Shown piece after piece: positions 44,089-56,716 of a stretch of DNA of 64,000 nucleotides. Both the position numbers and the translations under genes were made by a program. Numbering within the stretch: the stretch's first letter is position 1; every line of letters begins with the position of its first letter. Source of the DNA: Azolla caroliniana (taxonomy: Eukaryota; Plantae; Polypodiophyta); assembly GCA_043228905.1 (NCBI GenBank), contig JBHGNT010000017.1, positions 15,128,001 to 15,192,000 on the forward strand. The letters run 5' to 3'. The notes beneath the pieces are model-generated. The model was not told the origin of the DNA. It saw only the letters and a program-made list of their open reading frames with translations, and ran no database searches.

Positions 44089-45970
44089 ATAGCAAATTAA
44101 GGGTTGCAACCAAGGAATGTCGATAATCAAAGTTATCTATAGAATATGAATACATGCCTGTGCAAGAGATTTGTTGGGGCTACTAGTGTTGCCATCAGAT
44201 GCTTGCTTGGTGTGAACATGGCCTTTGTGACACCAAATTGATGCCACGATAAAAAGACGAGTCTTTGCCGTGTAGAGGAATGGTTGACTCAAAACTAATG
44301 CGCGTGAGATATTTTCAAAGAGAGAGGGACGTATATTTCAAGATCTACAACATATCATTTGTGATATGTGAAATAGGGCCTAGCCCATGGTATGGATTGA
44401 AACCCACGTAGAGATGTATATTTTCAAGATCCACAACACTTAAAAGATTGGGAAAGAACATTAATAATGATAAAGGAAACATAATGCTCCACTAGGAATC
44501 AATTTCCAAAAGTTCTTAATATGTATATAATATGATGATGCTATCGAGAGAGAGAGAGATTCACGAACATTGGATATAGACCCATTAATTGTTGATTATG
44601 TCTACACAATATATTGACTTGTCACGACTACATCGTAAGCAATGTGTGCATAAATTAATAGTCGGGGTGATGTGATCCATCTATTTTCTCATTTTTCATT
44701 GATCACGATCCATCAATCCACTAGAATGATCTGATCCAAGATTTAGTATGTCACATGCCACCAAGGATTCAAATCAGGCCATGATTTTAATGCCATTAAA
44801 ATGAAGTGGGTCGTCTTGGTACCACAACAAACTAATGATATTTTTACTAAGTTTGGTGAAACGTACTCCATAGTTGAAATAGACTTATATCAATGTTTCT
44901 CTTTTTAATAAAAAAGTTGAAGTTGAGCTTTTAACTAGAGTTAAGGCACCTCTATGAATGGTCAATTATGATGGAATAACAATACTTTGGAGCTATAATG
45001 TAGTTGGGGTTGGTTGATTATTTATTATCTTCATTGTGTGTAAGGACTTCAAGCTGACAATGGCTTAATTTGGTTTACGTTTTATAAATCTTTACCCACC
45101 GAATTGAGAAATGCAATGACACGTATTTGCAAATCAAAGCTTGATCAACATGAATGACACCATAACATTGGACTTTATCAACCATACACTAGTTTGATCT
45201 TTATTGTGTCTGAATAGATTTCACCCAACACTCACCATCTCTTTGTCTCATCTTCCACCCAATGGTCATAAGGACTCTTGCACTAATTGGTTGGAGGCAT
45301 GTTCAAATTCTCAGTTCCAACCCAAAGGGACAAAACATGTTGCCTCAAAATCACCCAATTGATGAACTTCTAGGTGACCATAATCACCTGCAACAATTTC
45401 CACAACACATATCATTGGTGTCCTACCATGTTGATGTGACTATTAACTTCTCGAGCAAACCACCTCAGTATGCCAACCCCCTTTTTTTTAGTGCTTGTGT
45501 TATGCACATCGCACTCATTTAGTATACTTATGCCACCAAAACTTTGAATAAAGCTAGGGACAACTTATCTTTAGTGTATTTAAACCACTCACATCATGGA
45601 AAGTAGTTGTAGCTAAGCAATAACTCTCATTATGTGAGTTAAGCAACTAGCATCCTTTATGTAGCTTCTTATGTTGTTGTTGAGCTTTCTAATTCTCCAT
45701 AGCCGATTAAATTTTGACATTTCCCCCTCGCCAAAGCGTTCGTCGTCGATTAAAAGTTGATTGTTTATGCATCATGGACAAGTTTGTAACTAGTGTTATA
45801 TTTAAGAGGGACACATGTTATGATTTCTTTAGGTGGGAAATTATGATAATATGCTTATATGTGTAAGAAACCAACAATAGGTTATGCTTGCTTCTTTTAT
45901 TTATGCATTTTAAATGGTCCAAGTTATGAGCTCCTAATCGCATGAAAATTATGATTAACCACATAATTAT

Positions 45971-46697
45971 TGTTGGGAGACAGGTCCCTCCGGATGGGAA
46001 GGGAGAAGAACAGTGCCGATGAACAATCTCGGCCGAGGCCGAAACCGTATGAGGTGGACCCGGCTATGGAGAGCCGGATGGTACAGACCCGGTGAAGACC
46101 GGATGAGGAGTACTTAGCTACGGAGGGCCGGATGGTGCAGACCCAGTATGAACCGGACGAGGAGTACCCGGCTACGGAGAGCCGGATGATGTAGACCCGG
46201 TGAAGACCGGATGAGGAGTACCCGGCTACGGAGAACCGGATAAAGAGACATATTCGTAAATATGTTTCTTGATAGTTCATTGAGGCTATATTTGTAAATA
46301 GCCGAAAAGTCATATTAGTATAAATATGACTTAGGGCAAACTAAGATTGTGTGTTGTTGTCATTTTCTTGTTGGTGCAAGAAGAAGAGAGAGTACGTAAC
46401 GTTGTACAGAGAGAGAGAGAAAGAGGTCGCTGCCTCTGTTTGTAACCGCCACCTGTGGCGAAGATCGTGAGTCCGAGGTCGTTGCCTCAGTGAACTCACT
46501 GTTTTGTACATTCTTACATAGTGACAGTTTGCAGCATGTGGGCTGCCATGGTTTTTCCCCTAGTTTGGGGTTTTCCACGTAAACCTCCTGTGTATCTTCC
46601 TCTTCTTTGTGTCGTGTTCTATTTCCTATTTTCTGTGTATCATTCTAAGCTCGGTTGTGGCCGAGCGTTGCGCACAAGGAACGATCAGTTCCCGTCA
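45971..46697 (+). mobile_element. Solo LTR related to the young copia family, with ~54-bp tandem repeats in U3
   Basis: TGTTGGGA...GGTCCCTCCGGATGGGA start as in the 8937-15147 LTRs; TSD ATTAT at 45966-45970 and 46698-46702. Confidence 0.9.
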
Positions 46698-47584
46698 ATT
46701 ATATGTTAAAAAATTTATGTGAGGTTAATGTCAAGGATTGATTTACAAGTAATAAATTAGTTTTGCTAATTACAAGATTAAATCCTATTTTGTTTAACTA
46801 TAAAGTTATCGGGGATAGGTTCTTTCTAATTTATAAAAAGGCCTTGTAGCTTTACAAAAAGTACAAAAAATGTATGTCAATTGATTAATTATGGCATAAA
46901 ATTTAAGACGGTGTTTATGACAAGCAGATTGGCCTAAAACCGACACAACACTTGTCAACTATTGGCATTGATTGTAACTTGTAAAGGAAATTTCCAAAGA
47001 GCATCAAACATCTCTCTCAAATACCATTATAAATTGTAAGCTTTTGTTGTTGTGCTTCACTCTCAATAATTGATTTATTATTGACTTTTTGGCAAACTTG
47101 ATGGGCATATGGTATATGTGCCAACAACCCCTTTCTAAGAGGTTGATATATGGCTTTGTGGAAGATTTTGGCTACATGCTCACATGACTTCAATTCTCAT
47201 GATGACAATCATATGGTGAGCTTGACACATAACAATATCTAGTCACGCAGTAAAGATTGAGAACACAATATATTGCCGAAGAGCAATAGGGAGAAGGTTC
47301 AAACTATTTTGTATGCCAATATGTAGTGGCATGTGGCAACATTTATGTTTAGGCATGTGTTATTGGCATAGTTGCATTGGTTTCTAAATAAGATAATGTA
47401 TGTCTACGTGATTATCATGGGTGGATGTACCTTACATCTCCATGATTCAAATCACATATTTGTAGCAAACATGCACTCTTTATGCATAATTGTTATTATA
47501 ATGTAGTACAAGATGAACTAGTTGTTGTATACTACACATTACATACAAAAGGTTGTGTGTTACAACTTGCACGGAGTTACCCTA

Positions 47585-47629
47585 TGTAAACAATCAAGTA
47601 TGTGATTGTGTGCAACGGAAATGGATTAG

Positions 47630-47683
<54 letters not shown>

Positions 47684-47963
47684 AAGAGAAGAGGAGAGGG
47701 AGTCGACACAAGTTAGATAGAAAAAACAGAAAACTATATTTCACAAGAATGATAATCGACAGTTTACAAAGGAGAGGAGAAGGTGCTCATATAGTCACCT
47801 TCTCTCAACACTATCTTACTAAAACTACCTCTCGGGAAATGGGGGGTAATCCTAACGACCTCTTAACTATGTGCCGTAGGAGTTACATCTATGATACATT
47901 AGTTATTGTTAGATAGTAGTGGTGTGTTCACAAACTAGGGGAAGTTCAGTTTGATTTTCAACA
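47585..47963 (-). mobile_element. Solo LTR related to LTR 59-449, with expanded (GT)n
   Basis: Minus strand starts TGTTGAAAATCAAACTGAACTT (compare TGTTGAGAATCAAACTCAACTT at 59); imperfect TSD CCCTA/CGCTA. Confidence 0.75.
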
Positions 47964-48548
47964 CGCTATATAAGGGTACCATGGTGGCATATAATACTTA
48001 AGCCAATGGAAGGCTAGCAATAAAACAAATGTTTACCTTTGGTTGCACTATTCACCTTCCATTTTTGTTGTTTCTACTTGACTAATTAATGCTCTTGGAC
48101 AAACATTTGGTTAAATCTGGTGTTAGTGACACTATAGGTGCACAAACAAAAATCTCAACTAATGAATAAAATGAGAGATAAAAACCTCTCCAAATCAACT
48201 TTGTTTTCTTGAAGAAGCTATGAACCATGCATTAGTCTGTGGCGGAATGGGTTTTAGATATAATTAAGGATAGGCATGACAACAGTGTAATCTCAATAAA
48301 GATATAGATGTGAGAAAAATATGGAGCTTAATGTTGTGTGCTTATGGGGAGACCGCTAGAGCACCATGTGTTCAACCCCCTTCCATAGTGGCATGTAAAG
48401 GTCTCTATGTGTAAGATTTGTGCTTGGGTGCATGGGCTAATTAAAACTTGGCTTACAACCCTTACGAAGCAAATCTGATACAAAATAAAAAAATATGAAA
48501 TAACATCACAAATAGGCTATATTGGGAATTGTATATTACTAGTTTTAT

Positions 48549-48549
<1 letters not shown>

Positions 48550-48592
<43 letters not shown>
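48550..48592. repeat. (GA)n microsatellite
   Basis: Perfect dinucleotide run. Confidence 0.9.
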
Positions 48593-48595
<3 letters not shown>

Positions 48596-48650
48596 ACCTA
48601 GTTGTTGCATCATGGGTTGGCAAGCCTTGCTGGATGGTTTAATTGTGCTT

Positions 48651-48773
48651 CATACCATACCATTAAGACACTCAGAATAACCACTTAATCTCAAATTCCT
48701 AATTAGCATAAGGTGTGCAAATGTGGAATTTGAGATTAAGTGGCTCGTTTGAGTGTCTTAGTGGTATGGTATG
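48651..48773. repeat. Foldback with ~49-bp arms (MITE remnant or hairpin RNA)
   Basis: CATACCATACCATTAAGACACTCA...TCAAATTCC versus GGAATTTGA...GAGTGTCTTAGTGGTATGGTATG. Confidence 0.8.
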
Positions 48774-48970
48774 TTTGGATTGGCCTCTCATTTTTCGTGA
48801 GATTAGGTGGTAACTTTCCAGTTAAGCATATGCAAAAGCTAGCAATTGGCCAACGATATACTTTATAATAATGTCGCATAAAGAGGTTATTGGAGAACCG
48901 TACTTAACGAAAGTCACGACAAAGTGCTTTAGGTTGGAAGAATGTATATGACTCTTTTTTATTAAAAATC

Positions 48971-49409
48971 AAGGGAAAATATCATAATTATCCCTCCACT
49001 TATGTATGGTAATATCGGTTACATTATCATAAATTATTGATAGTATCAAAAACAACTTCCGATCAAACAAGAGAAGACTAAGGAGCATCGGTTTTTAACC
49101 CAAACCTTCCCTAGAGGAGAAAGACTAAAGGTGACACACACAAACTACTAAAGTTTGTTTATTTTAACAACACAAACTTATCATTATTATTCTTAATTAA
49201 TCCACAATGTAATTAGACTACCTTGTAACCTAAAACATAAAATTATGATGCAACCAACAAGATTGAGAAACTTCATTAGATCAAATTAAATTAATTATGA
49301 TGCAACCTAATTAGATTAATTATGATGCAAATCCGATATTTTGATAAATACCAAGGGTATACTTGATTTTCCCTGATACACGGAAGGGGTATAATTAATA
49401 TTTTCCCTT
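48971..49409. mobile_element. Mutator-like MITE remnant
   Basis: Imperfect long TIRs AAGGGAAAATAT.../...ATATTTTCCCTT; no clean TSD. Confidence 0.55.
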
Positions 49410-50341
49410 AAAGTAAAATATGTTCTTGCAAAACTGTTTAAGTTTTATATTTATTTAGTAAAAGGGATAAGACATTTTTAGTGTGAGCTTGCTTTGCTTC
49501 TACAAAAGAACATATCCACCTACTTCATTATTCATGCATAAGTGGTTGCTATAAAGAAACTCATCATTGACATGTTGACCATACTTCATTTCGAATACAC
49601 TCTTCTATGCTCTATAGTACTATATACCTCATACTTTACAATTCATCCAACATATTAGAGGTACTGCTTTGCATTGTGCTATGCACGTGAAAAGTTACAA
49701 CCATTGTGCTTTGTCTAGTTCATGTAATATGTTGTTATGCTACGGTTTTCAGAAATATTCCACACACATGTATTCCCAATGACACTTATTTCACATAATT
49801 ACAAATATTTGTCGGTGAAGCGCACATTATTCACTATTCTCTATCATGTACATTTGGACATCAAAAGAATATAATTTGATTATATAATCCAGATTATTGA
49901 AACTCAACCTATCACCCCACCTTGTGTTATTAAACAAAATCATATTTATTGTCACTCAATGCAGACCATGCACAATAGATAAATGTCTAGATTTCATGAA
50001 GCAACTCAATGGAAGGGTCGAGGCTTGTAAATTTGAAATTGACAACACAAGTGTGATGAATCTCGCACAATCCTAGTATCTCTCTCTCTCTCTCTCTCTC
50101 TCTCTATTTTCATGTTAGAGCTTACCTTGGTGATAAGCCATGGGTTAGTATGACAAAGACACAACAAACCCTAACATTTTTTCTTTCTTGTGCTATGTTT
50201 GAACCCCATTGTTAAAGCCATGTGTTACTTACATGTGAAGTTAGGTTCAATATTTGTATATATCATGTTTGACTTCTAAGGAGGATAATAAAATGAATCT
50301 ATTTTGGATATAATGTGAGCGACTTACGCAAGTTGTTGTGC

Positions 50342-53300
50342 TTTTTTATTATTTAAAGGTTTTTCTTCAATAGTATTAAGAAAAAACGCCCGAAGGCTAC
50401 AACTTAACCTAGCTGGCAAGGAGGTTACAACTTTTCTTATGCAATGATGTAAAATAATCCTAGGACCAAATATCGAACTTTGTGAAGATGTTTGCATTTG
50501 TTGATATTCAAGAAAGAGTCCATGGAAGTCGATATTGCCATTGAGGCTCTTGAGTTGACATTGTAAACGGGGGCAACTTTTTCCATAAGTGAAGAAGCTT
50601 TTTCCTTTTCTTGTTCACAATATCTGGGAACCTTGCGTATTATCATATTGGCCATTGATTATTGCCAGCAAGTTCTCCCATATCTCAAACAACACATTTG
50701 AGAGATGAATGTCTACTGCATCATAAAGTCGGTTACATCGATATTTCCATAATGCCCATAATGTTATTGTGGTCACTATTTTCCAAATCTGGATAGATCG
50801 CACCTACTTTCGAGGTGGCTGAAAGGGACTAACTAATATCCATATTCTATTATGTATTGTCATTGGCTCATGAACATCGTTTGCCTCATACAACATCAAG
50901 CTGGAATGTAATACTCCCCACATCGCTGATCCCCATGAGAATAGGCAACCTACATTGATTGTTAGGAATAAAGAAATAACTTTCTTCGGACAAACTTGCT
51001 GAGCAAAGGGACAAGACTGTCAGGAATAGTACTAAGACAGAGAGGGAATTACTACTAGAGATGAGGATTAGTACTAAGAGGGAAAAAGATGTATTGTCAG
51101 GAATAGTACTAAGATAGAGAGGGAATTAGTAGTAGCGATGAGGATTAGTACTAAGAGGGAAAAGTTGTAGAACTCTCAAGAGAAGGAGAGAGAGAGAGAG
51201 TGTGTGTGTGTGAGAATGATGGTAACAAATGATATATTATATTATATGAAGAGAATATACAAGAATAACTACATCCTTTTCTAAGGATTTTGCCGCAACA
51301 AAAACCTCCTGAGATGTAAATGGTTGTAATAACTGAGAGGCCATTACATTTTTAACCTTCTGTTGAATAGTTGCAAGAACAACTTGTTTATTGTAAAAAC
51401 TGTTTGTCGTAAAAGATTTAGCAGACAATAACTTATGATAATAATATGAGACTATACTTCGCATCTCAGAGACATTTGACGTATAGGATCCATCAAGCTG
51501 CTTCAAAGAAGTAATAGAAAGAGGTCTAATTTTCCGTTTAAACTGATTGAAGAATTCCTTATTGACCCGATCTTGCCTTTGCGATCAACGAGCAACATTA
51601 CGACAGTAATAGAACATTGAGTGCGCTTCCTCTTTTTCCCTTAAACTGCTTTTTAATTGCTGCAAATCACAACATAGCATATATGAAGTTGGATAAATCT
51701 CCAACAATTGTTGTAATGCTGCAAGAGCACGACGTAGGTTGGCAAGTTTTGAATTGCAGTGACCAACAAACACGGAAACTATTTTTGTAGATAGAATCTT
51801 TGTATTGAGTATGGCATGAGTCATATTACTAAGTTACAACAATCATCTGAGAAATTGTAATTTGACCATATTTGAGTGATTGACATCCGATGACCAACAT
51901 CAAATAACAATGCAAGAGGGATACACAATTGCTTAGAGTATCGCCTCTTAGTAAATGTAACATTTAACTTTAGAGGGTTGTGGTTAGAGATAGCTGATCC
52001 CGGAATAATTCCTATTGATTCACCTGTTTCCCAAAAAACACTACTAGCATAAAATCTATCTAGTCGAGACAAATTTGTAGCAACCAAACTCCCATATGAT
52101 CTAGAAAACTGAAGGGATCCTTGTATATGTGAAAATGAATGCACCTTCCATAAATCCAGCAAACCATAGGCAAAACAAAAGTAGTCCCAACACTTAGCTT
52201 CCCATCCTGAAATTGTAATAGTTATACCTCCCATTCTGTCAACAACATCCTCGATCATGTTAAAGTCACCTCCCACCAACCAACAATCCGCTAAACTCGC
52301 ATAATCCGAAAGGGATAGCCATAAATTTGCCCTTTTTGCCGCAGAATTAGGGGCATAGAGATTCATAAGGCCAACCTTTTGGGATCCTATTTTTACACCA
52401 AGGAATTGTGCCCGTTTATTCATAATAGTATTAGCTGACACGATGATAGATTGCAAATGTTGTTTAACAACAATGCATAATCCAGCCTAGTGGCCAGTGG
52501 GTCCAAAGGTAGGAATCCAGAAATGAGTCCCCGTCCTGGTAAAATAGATCCATACTTCCAAATCCTATCCATGCATAAGTGATGCTCTTGTAAAAAAAAG
52601 AATACAATAGTAGCTAATTAGTAACTTACTTAAATCCGAACGTAAGAGTTCTTTAAATCTGCGAAAAGCCTGACCACCCAGGCCTTGCACATTCTAGGAA
52701 AGAAGATGTAAGGTGTCCATCTTACATAGATTTTATTGGTATCCTTTTCTCAAGGAGAGCATCCTAACGGCCTTTCTGGGCACCCTCTTGAGCTCTTGTT
52801 GTCTTTTTAAAAGCACACAGTTCCCTGCATACTTATGCACGCTATGATCCTTAACCTGTTTTTGAAGGGTTTGAAGTGTCAGGGTATCCTGTGAAACTGT
52901 GAATTGAAATCCAGTACAAGGGAGTTTATCTACTCCTTGAGCCATTTCAACACCCATAATATTTGATTGACTAGAAATAGGTTTTCCTACAAGCTTATCA
53001 AAAGGAACCAAATTAATAGAGACATCGATTTATTGGTTTACTTTGATACCCATAACACTTGGAGGCCTTTCCACATGTGTAGTATCTTGAGCAAAAACAA
53101 CTTTTCCTTTAAATTTTTCAGAAGAAGTCAAATTAACAGATGGTGTCAACTGCTAGTGCTGATTCTCAACCATTTTCAAGGGTGGTTGGCCTGCTACTAA
53201 CATTAGGAAAGACTTAGGCAACTAAGTGGAAATCAAGTCTGTTTTTTGTGAGGAAAAACCCGAATTAAATCTCTGTTGGGAAAGATGGGATGATGACTGA

Positions 53301-54539
53301 TCTGAAGTATTCACTTCGTGTGACCGATCCTCTTCTACATGGAGTAATACCTATTTTGTAAGGGGGGGAAATTCCTTTAAATTATTAATTGACACATGAG
53401 GAGACTTGTCATGAGATACATGTGAAGAGGTCTTCCTATGCCCTACCTCAGTCCAATCATCAGATCTAACCTTATACGGAACTATAGTTGTATTGGGTAC
53501 ATGCTTGACTGTGTCTTTATTAAATTTCGGGCAATGTTTTGCCAAATGGCCAAATCCAAAACAACGAAAACATTGATTTGGCAAACCCCTATACAAGATT
53601 TTCTGAGAATAAGATTCTTGCCCTGAGTTAAGTAAATTAGGCAACAAGATATTTGAGGGCAAATCTGTAGACTTAGAAATCAAAAGTTTTGTAGATGTAG
53701 CTCCCATATACCTATCCTCGATCTAACGAGGCTTATCATAAGTTTCCAAGACTTTACCAATAGTGTTGGTAATTAGATGCAAAAAAGGCACCCATTCTTT
53801 ACATAAATTGGAAAACACTGCCACACATGTATGATATGAATCTAAATCATGAAGTACCTGATTTGCGGAAAAGTTGTGAATACACTTGTGGAATAAAACC
53901 CATCCTCCCTTGACTGCCACTGTTTTCTTCGCTAGTAAGATCAGTACCATTCGTTTGAGCTTAAACTCCACGTGATAATAGTTCCAAGCATTTGGACATC
54001 CGTGATGTGGTCAACATCTTGTTTCAAAGCGGCTTGCAACAGTAAACGAAGATGAGCACGCCGAGGACGAATGCCCAAAACCTACACACTGATAGTCCTC
54101 TTCTCTAGACGCTGAATCTCTCTTACGATATGTGCTCGATCTTGTTCTGACAACAGAAGCTCTACTATGTTGTTTGAAATAGGTGTGATATCTGGGTTAG
54201 CTACACAGGAGCCCCGATTAGACTATTCGCGATGGCGCAACAATTGCTCCTGGTTCTTTGTTGCATTGAGGAAGACCGGGGTTATGGAGGAGGTTGAGAG
54301 TCTGATCACGACAATTGGATTGGTTATAGTAGGTAGGCTGAAGGGGACAAACAGTTTTTTCGCAGCTATTGTGGGAGAACCATCGCCTATAGTAGGTTGG
54401 ACGACAGGTTGGGCAATGGCGGCAAGTTGGGTGGCAGCAGGCTGAGTGGCGGAAGGCTGAGTAGTGGTAGGCTGGGTGGTGATAGGCGATATGGTGGTCT
54501 TCATCGTGCAGGCTCTTTCTCTGTTCAACTCATGGTATA
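50342..54539 (-). mobile_element. Decayed L1-clade LINE (ORF1 and endonuclease present, RT core deleted)
   Basis: ORF1 zinc knuckle CFRCFGFGHLAKHC; ORF2 from 52720 LS*NVQGLGG, NLYAPN, WLVGGDFNM, SRLDRFY; C-terminal WALWKYRCNRLYD; A-rich tail at 50342; possible TSD TTGTGCT (50336, 54540). Confidence 0.85.
51018..51262 (-). repeat. R-U5 fragment of an LTR related to the Tcn1-like LTR, with a 77-bp terminal duplication
   Basis: Reverse complement resembles 25832-26025; TGTCAGGAATAGTACTAAGA at 51018 and 51095; sits where the LINE RT is missing. Confidence 0.7.
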
Positions 54540-55030
54540 TTGTGCTATCAACTACTTTGATTCAAATCCTAACTTCCATGTTTTTGATGCATCATAAATT
54601 ACTTTTATAGACTATATGGATGGTGCATTAACCCGTACTTCATGTTCTTTAGCAAGTTGACACTATCATCACAAATGCAACTTGTATGGGACGAGAAGAC
54701 GATGAAGGAATAACGGGAAAACCTAAACAAGGACTTTGCCATTAACACAACTACCCACAACCTTCAACTTCAACAAGTGTTGAATGACATTCAACAAAAG
54801 GGTGGTGTGTCCATCAACAACCAATCCGTAAAGTCGAGTTGTTACATGATGCTCTTGCCTCCATCAATGTGTGGGTTGATGAGGATTGCCTCTCATGACG
54901 ATTTTGCCCATTCATGATTGCTATCCTCACTAGAAAAAAGACTTCATCATTCTTAGGCCTCCTTAAAATGTTTTTGGTAGAGGAAAATTGTGTTGACATT
55001 GAAGAGCTTAACTTCTGAAAACCAAATATT

Positions 55031-55070
<40 letters not shown>

Positions 55071-55329
55071 TCACTCACTCAAAAGGCAGTTGCAACTTGC
55101 AACCATGGAAGAGGATAAAGATTGGTTGTGGAATTCTGATATGATTTGAAGGCTATCGAGACAATAATTGGGGCTAGTAGTTAGATGGATTGATGATATC
55201 ATGGGCTCCACTTTCTCCTCGGGAAGAAGTGACGTTGTTTCTTGGACCACACCAAATTTGGCTCTCTCTAGCAGAAAGGCATTGTTTTGGGGCATTTGTT
55301 CACGCGAATTCTCAAGAACTTTAGCATCC

Positions 55330-55855
55330 AATCAAAGGCTTGCATGAATCGATAATGAAAATATTAAAAACATAACACTAAAACAAAAGAAAATGTTCGA
55401 TGTACACATTACCACTAGAGAGAGGAAAGTGCTTGGAGATGTCGATCTCCAAAACATCCAGACTAATTGAAAAATGTTTGATATATTTACAAAGCACTTG
55501 GAGTAGACATGATTGAACAATTTTCAATAATGCTAATTGCCTATGTCAGCTTGACCCCCCGAGCTTGAGGTAGTTGAACTTGAAGACTCTTGTTGAGATA
55601 ATGAGCTCGACACACATTCCTTGGGGAGTATGTAGATGTTAAAGTTTTGAACATGAGATAATTGAATGAGGTGATTATTTATATTTCTCACTCACTCACT
55701 TATATTTACTAGATTGATCCTAACTTCTATGTGTACTTGCATAGAAGTATTGTATAAATCAAGGCCCCCCTTGTACAAAGTATTGATTAAAATTTGATTA
55801 GTAGCGTTTTTTTATAGTTTTATGTCTCTCTCTCTCTCATACACAACTCAACACA
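55330..55855 (+). mobile_element. Very old copia 3' remnant (RNase H end, PPT, LTR)
   Basis: DVDLQNIQTN*KMFDIFTK resembles the ADIFTK motif; GGGGAG then TGTAG at 55631; ends approximate. Confidence 0.5.
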
Positions 55856-56260
55856 TGGCACATCTATCTATTCTAATGCATGAGATTCTCTAAATATTCA
55901 CATATGCTATGGTAACAAGTATGTGCCATGAGTTTCAACATTGTATATCTTTTTCCATAATTACTATTGATCCACACACCAATTTTCTTACCCCTGCTTA
56001 GACTATCAGAAGGTTTCTTCTCTTTATGTTTATGTTGATGGCTATACCAATAACAAAATAGTCCCTACTAGTATCGCACTACATTGAATCTATGCATTGA
56101 ATGCTTCTACCTTACTTGGGTAGCAAATGACATTGTTTACAAATAGGAGGTCACTAACAAAGAAAGCAACTAAGATAATAATAGAAGATGAAAGCGTTGC
56201 ACATAATAAAATAAGCTAAACTTCACTTCACTATATTACCATTCCCCTTCAAAATGCATA

Positions 56261-56716
56261 TAGCAATCAATAGGCTATGGTTCGGTTTGAATCAAACCGA
56301 ATTGCAAAACCATGGCTTAATGGTTTAAATGGTTAGGTTTAGGTTTTTGTAAACGGATTGGTTTTGGTTCGGTTCAAGCCTTTATCGGTTTAACAATTTG
56401 ATTGTTTAGTATTGACACTTGATAATTTGTTAAGATATTTTTTTGAACATTTTAGCCCTAATTTTGATATTTTAAGAAATATCTTTAAATTTTGAACAAT
56501 TCAAATATGAAATATTGAAAATTTTAAAATCTTTAAAATTAAAGTGTGAAAATTTGAAATTTGACCTAACTTTAATTCCAAAATTGAATTGCTAATGGTT
56601 TAACGGTTTAAAAGTCTCTAACCATTTGGTTTGAGCTTAATTTTTTTGTAACAATTCCGTTTTAAACGGTTTGAGTTTGACACTCTCGAACCAAACTAAA
56701 CCATTGCCGATTGCTA
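56261..56716. mobile_element. hAT-like MITE
   Basis: TIR TAGCAATC/GATTGCTA; many subterminal CGGTTT/AAACC motifs; degenerate 8-bp flanks. Confidence 0.6.

Noticed and set aside
54223-54528. Thr/Gln/Pro-repeat ORF as a host gene
   Set aside because: It is collinear with and leads into LINE ORF1.
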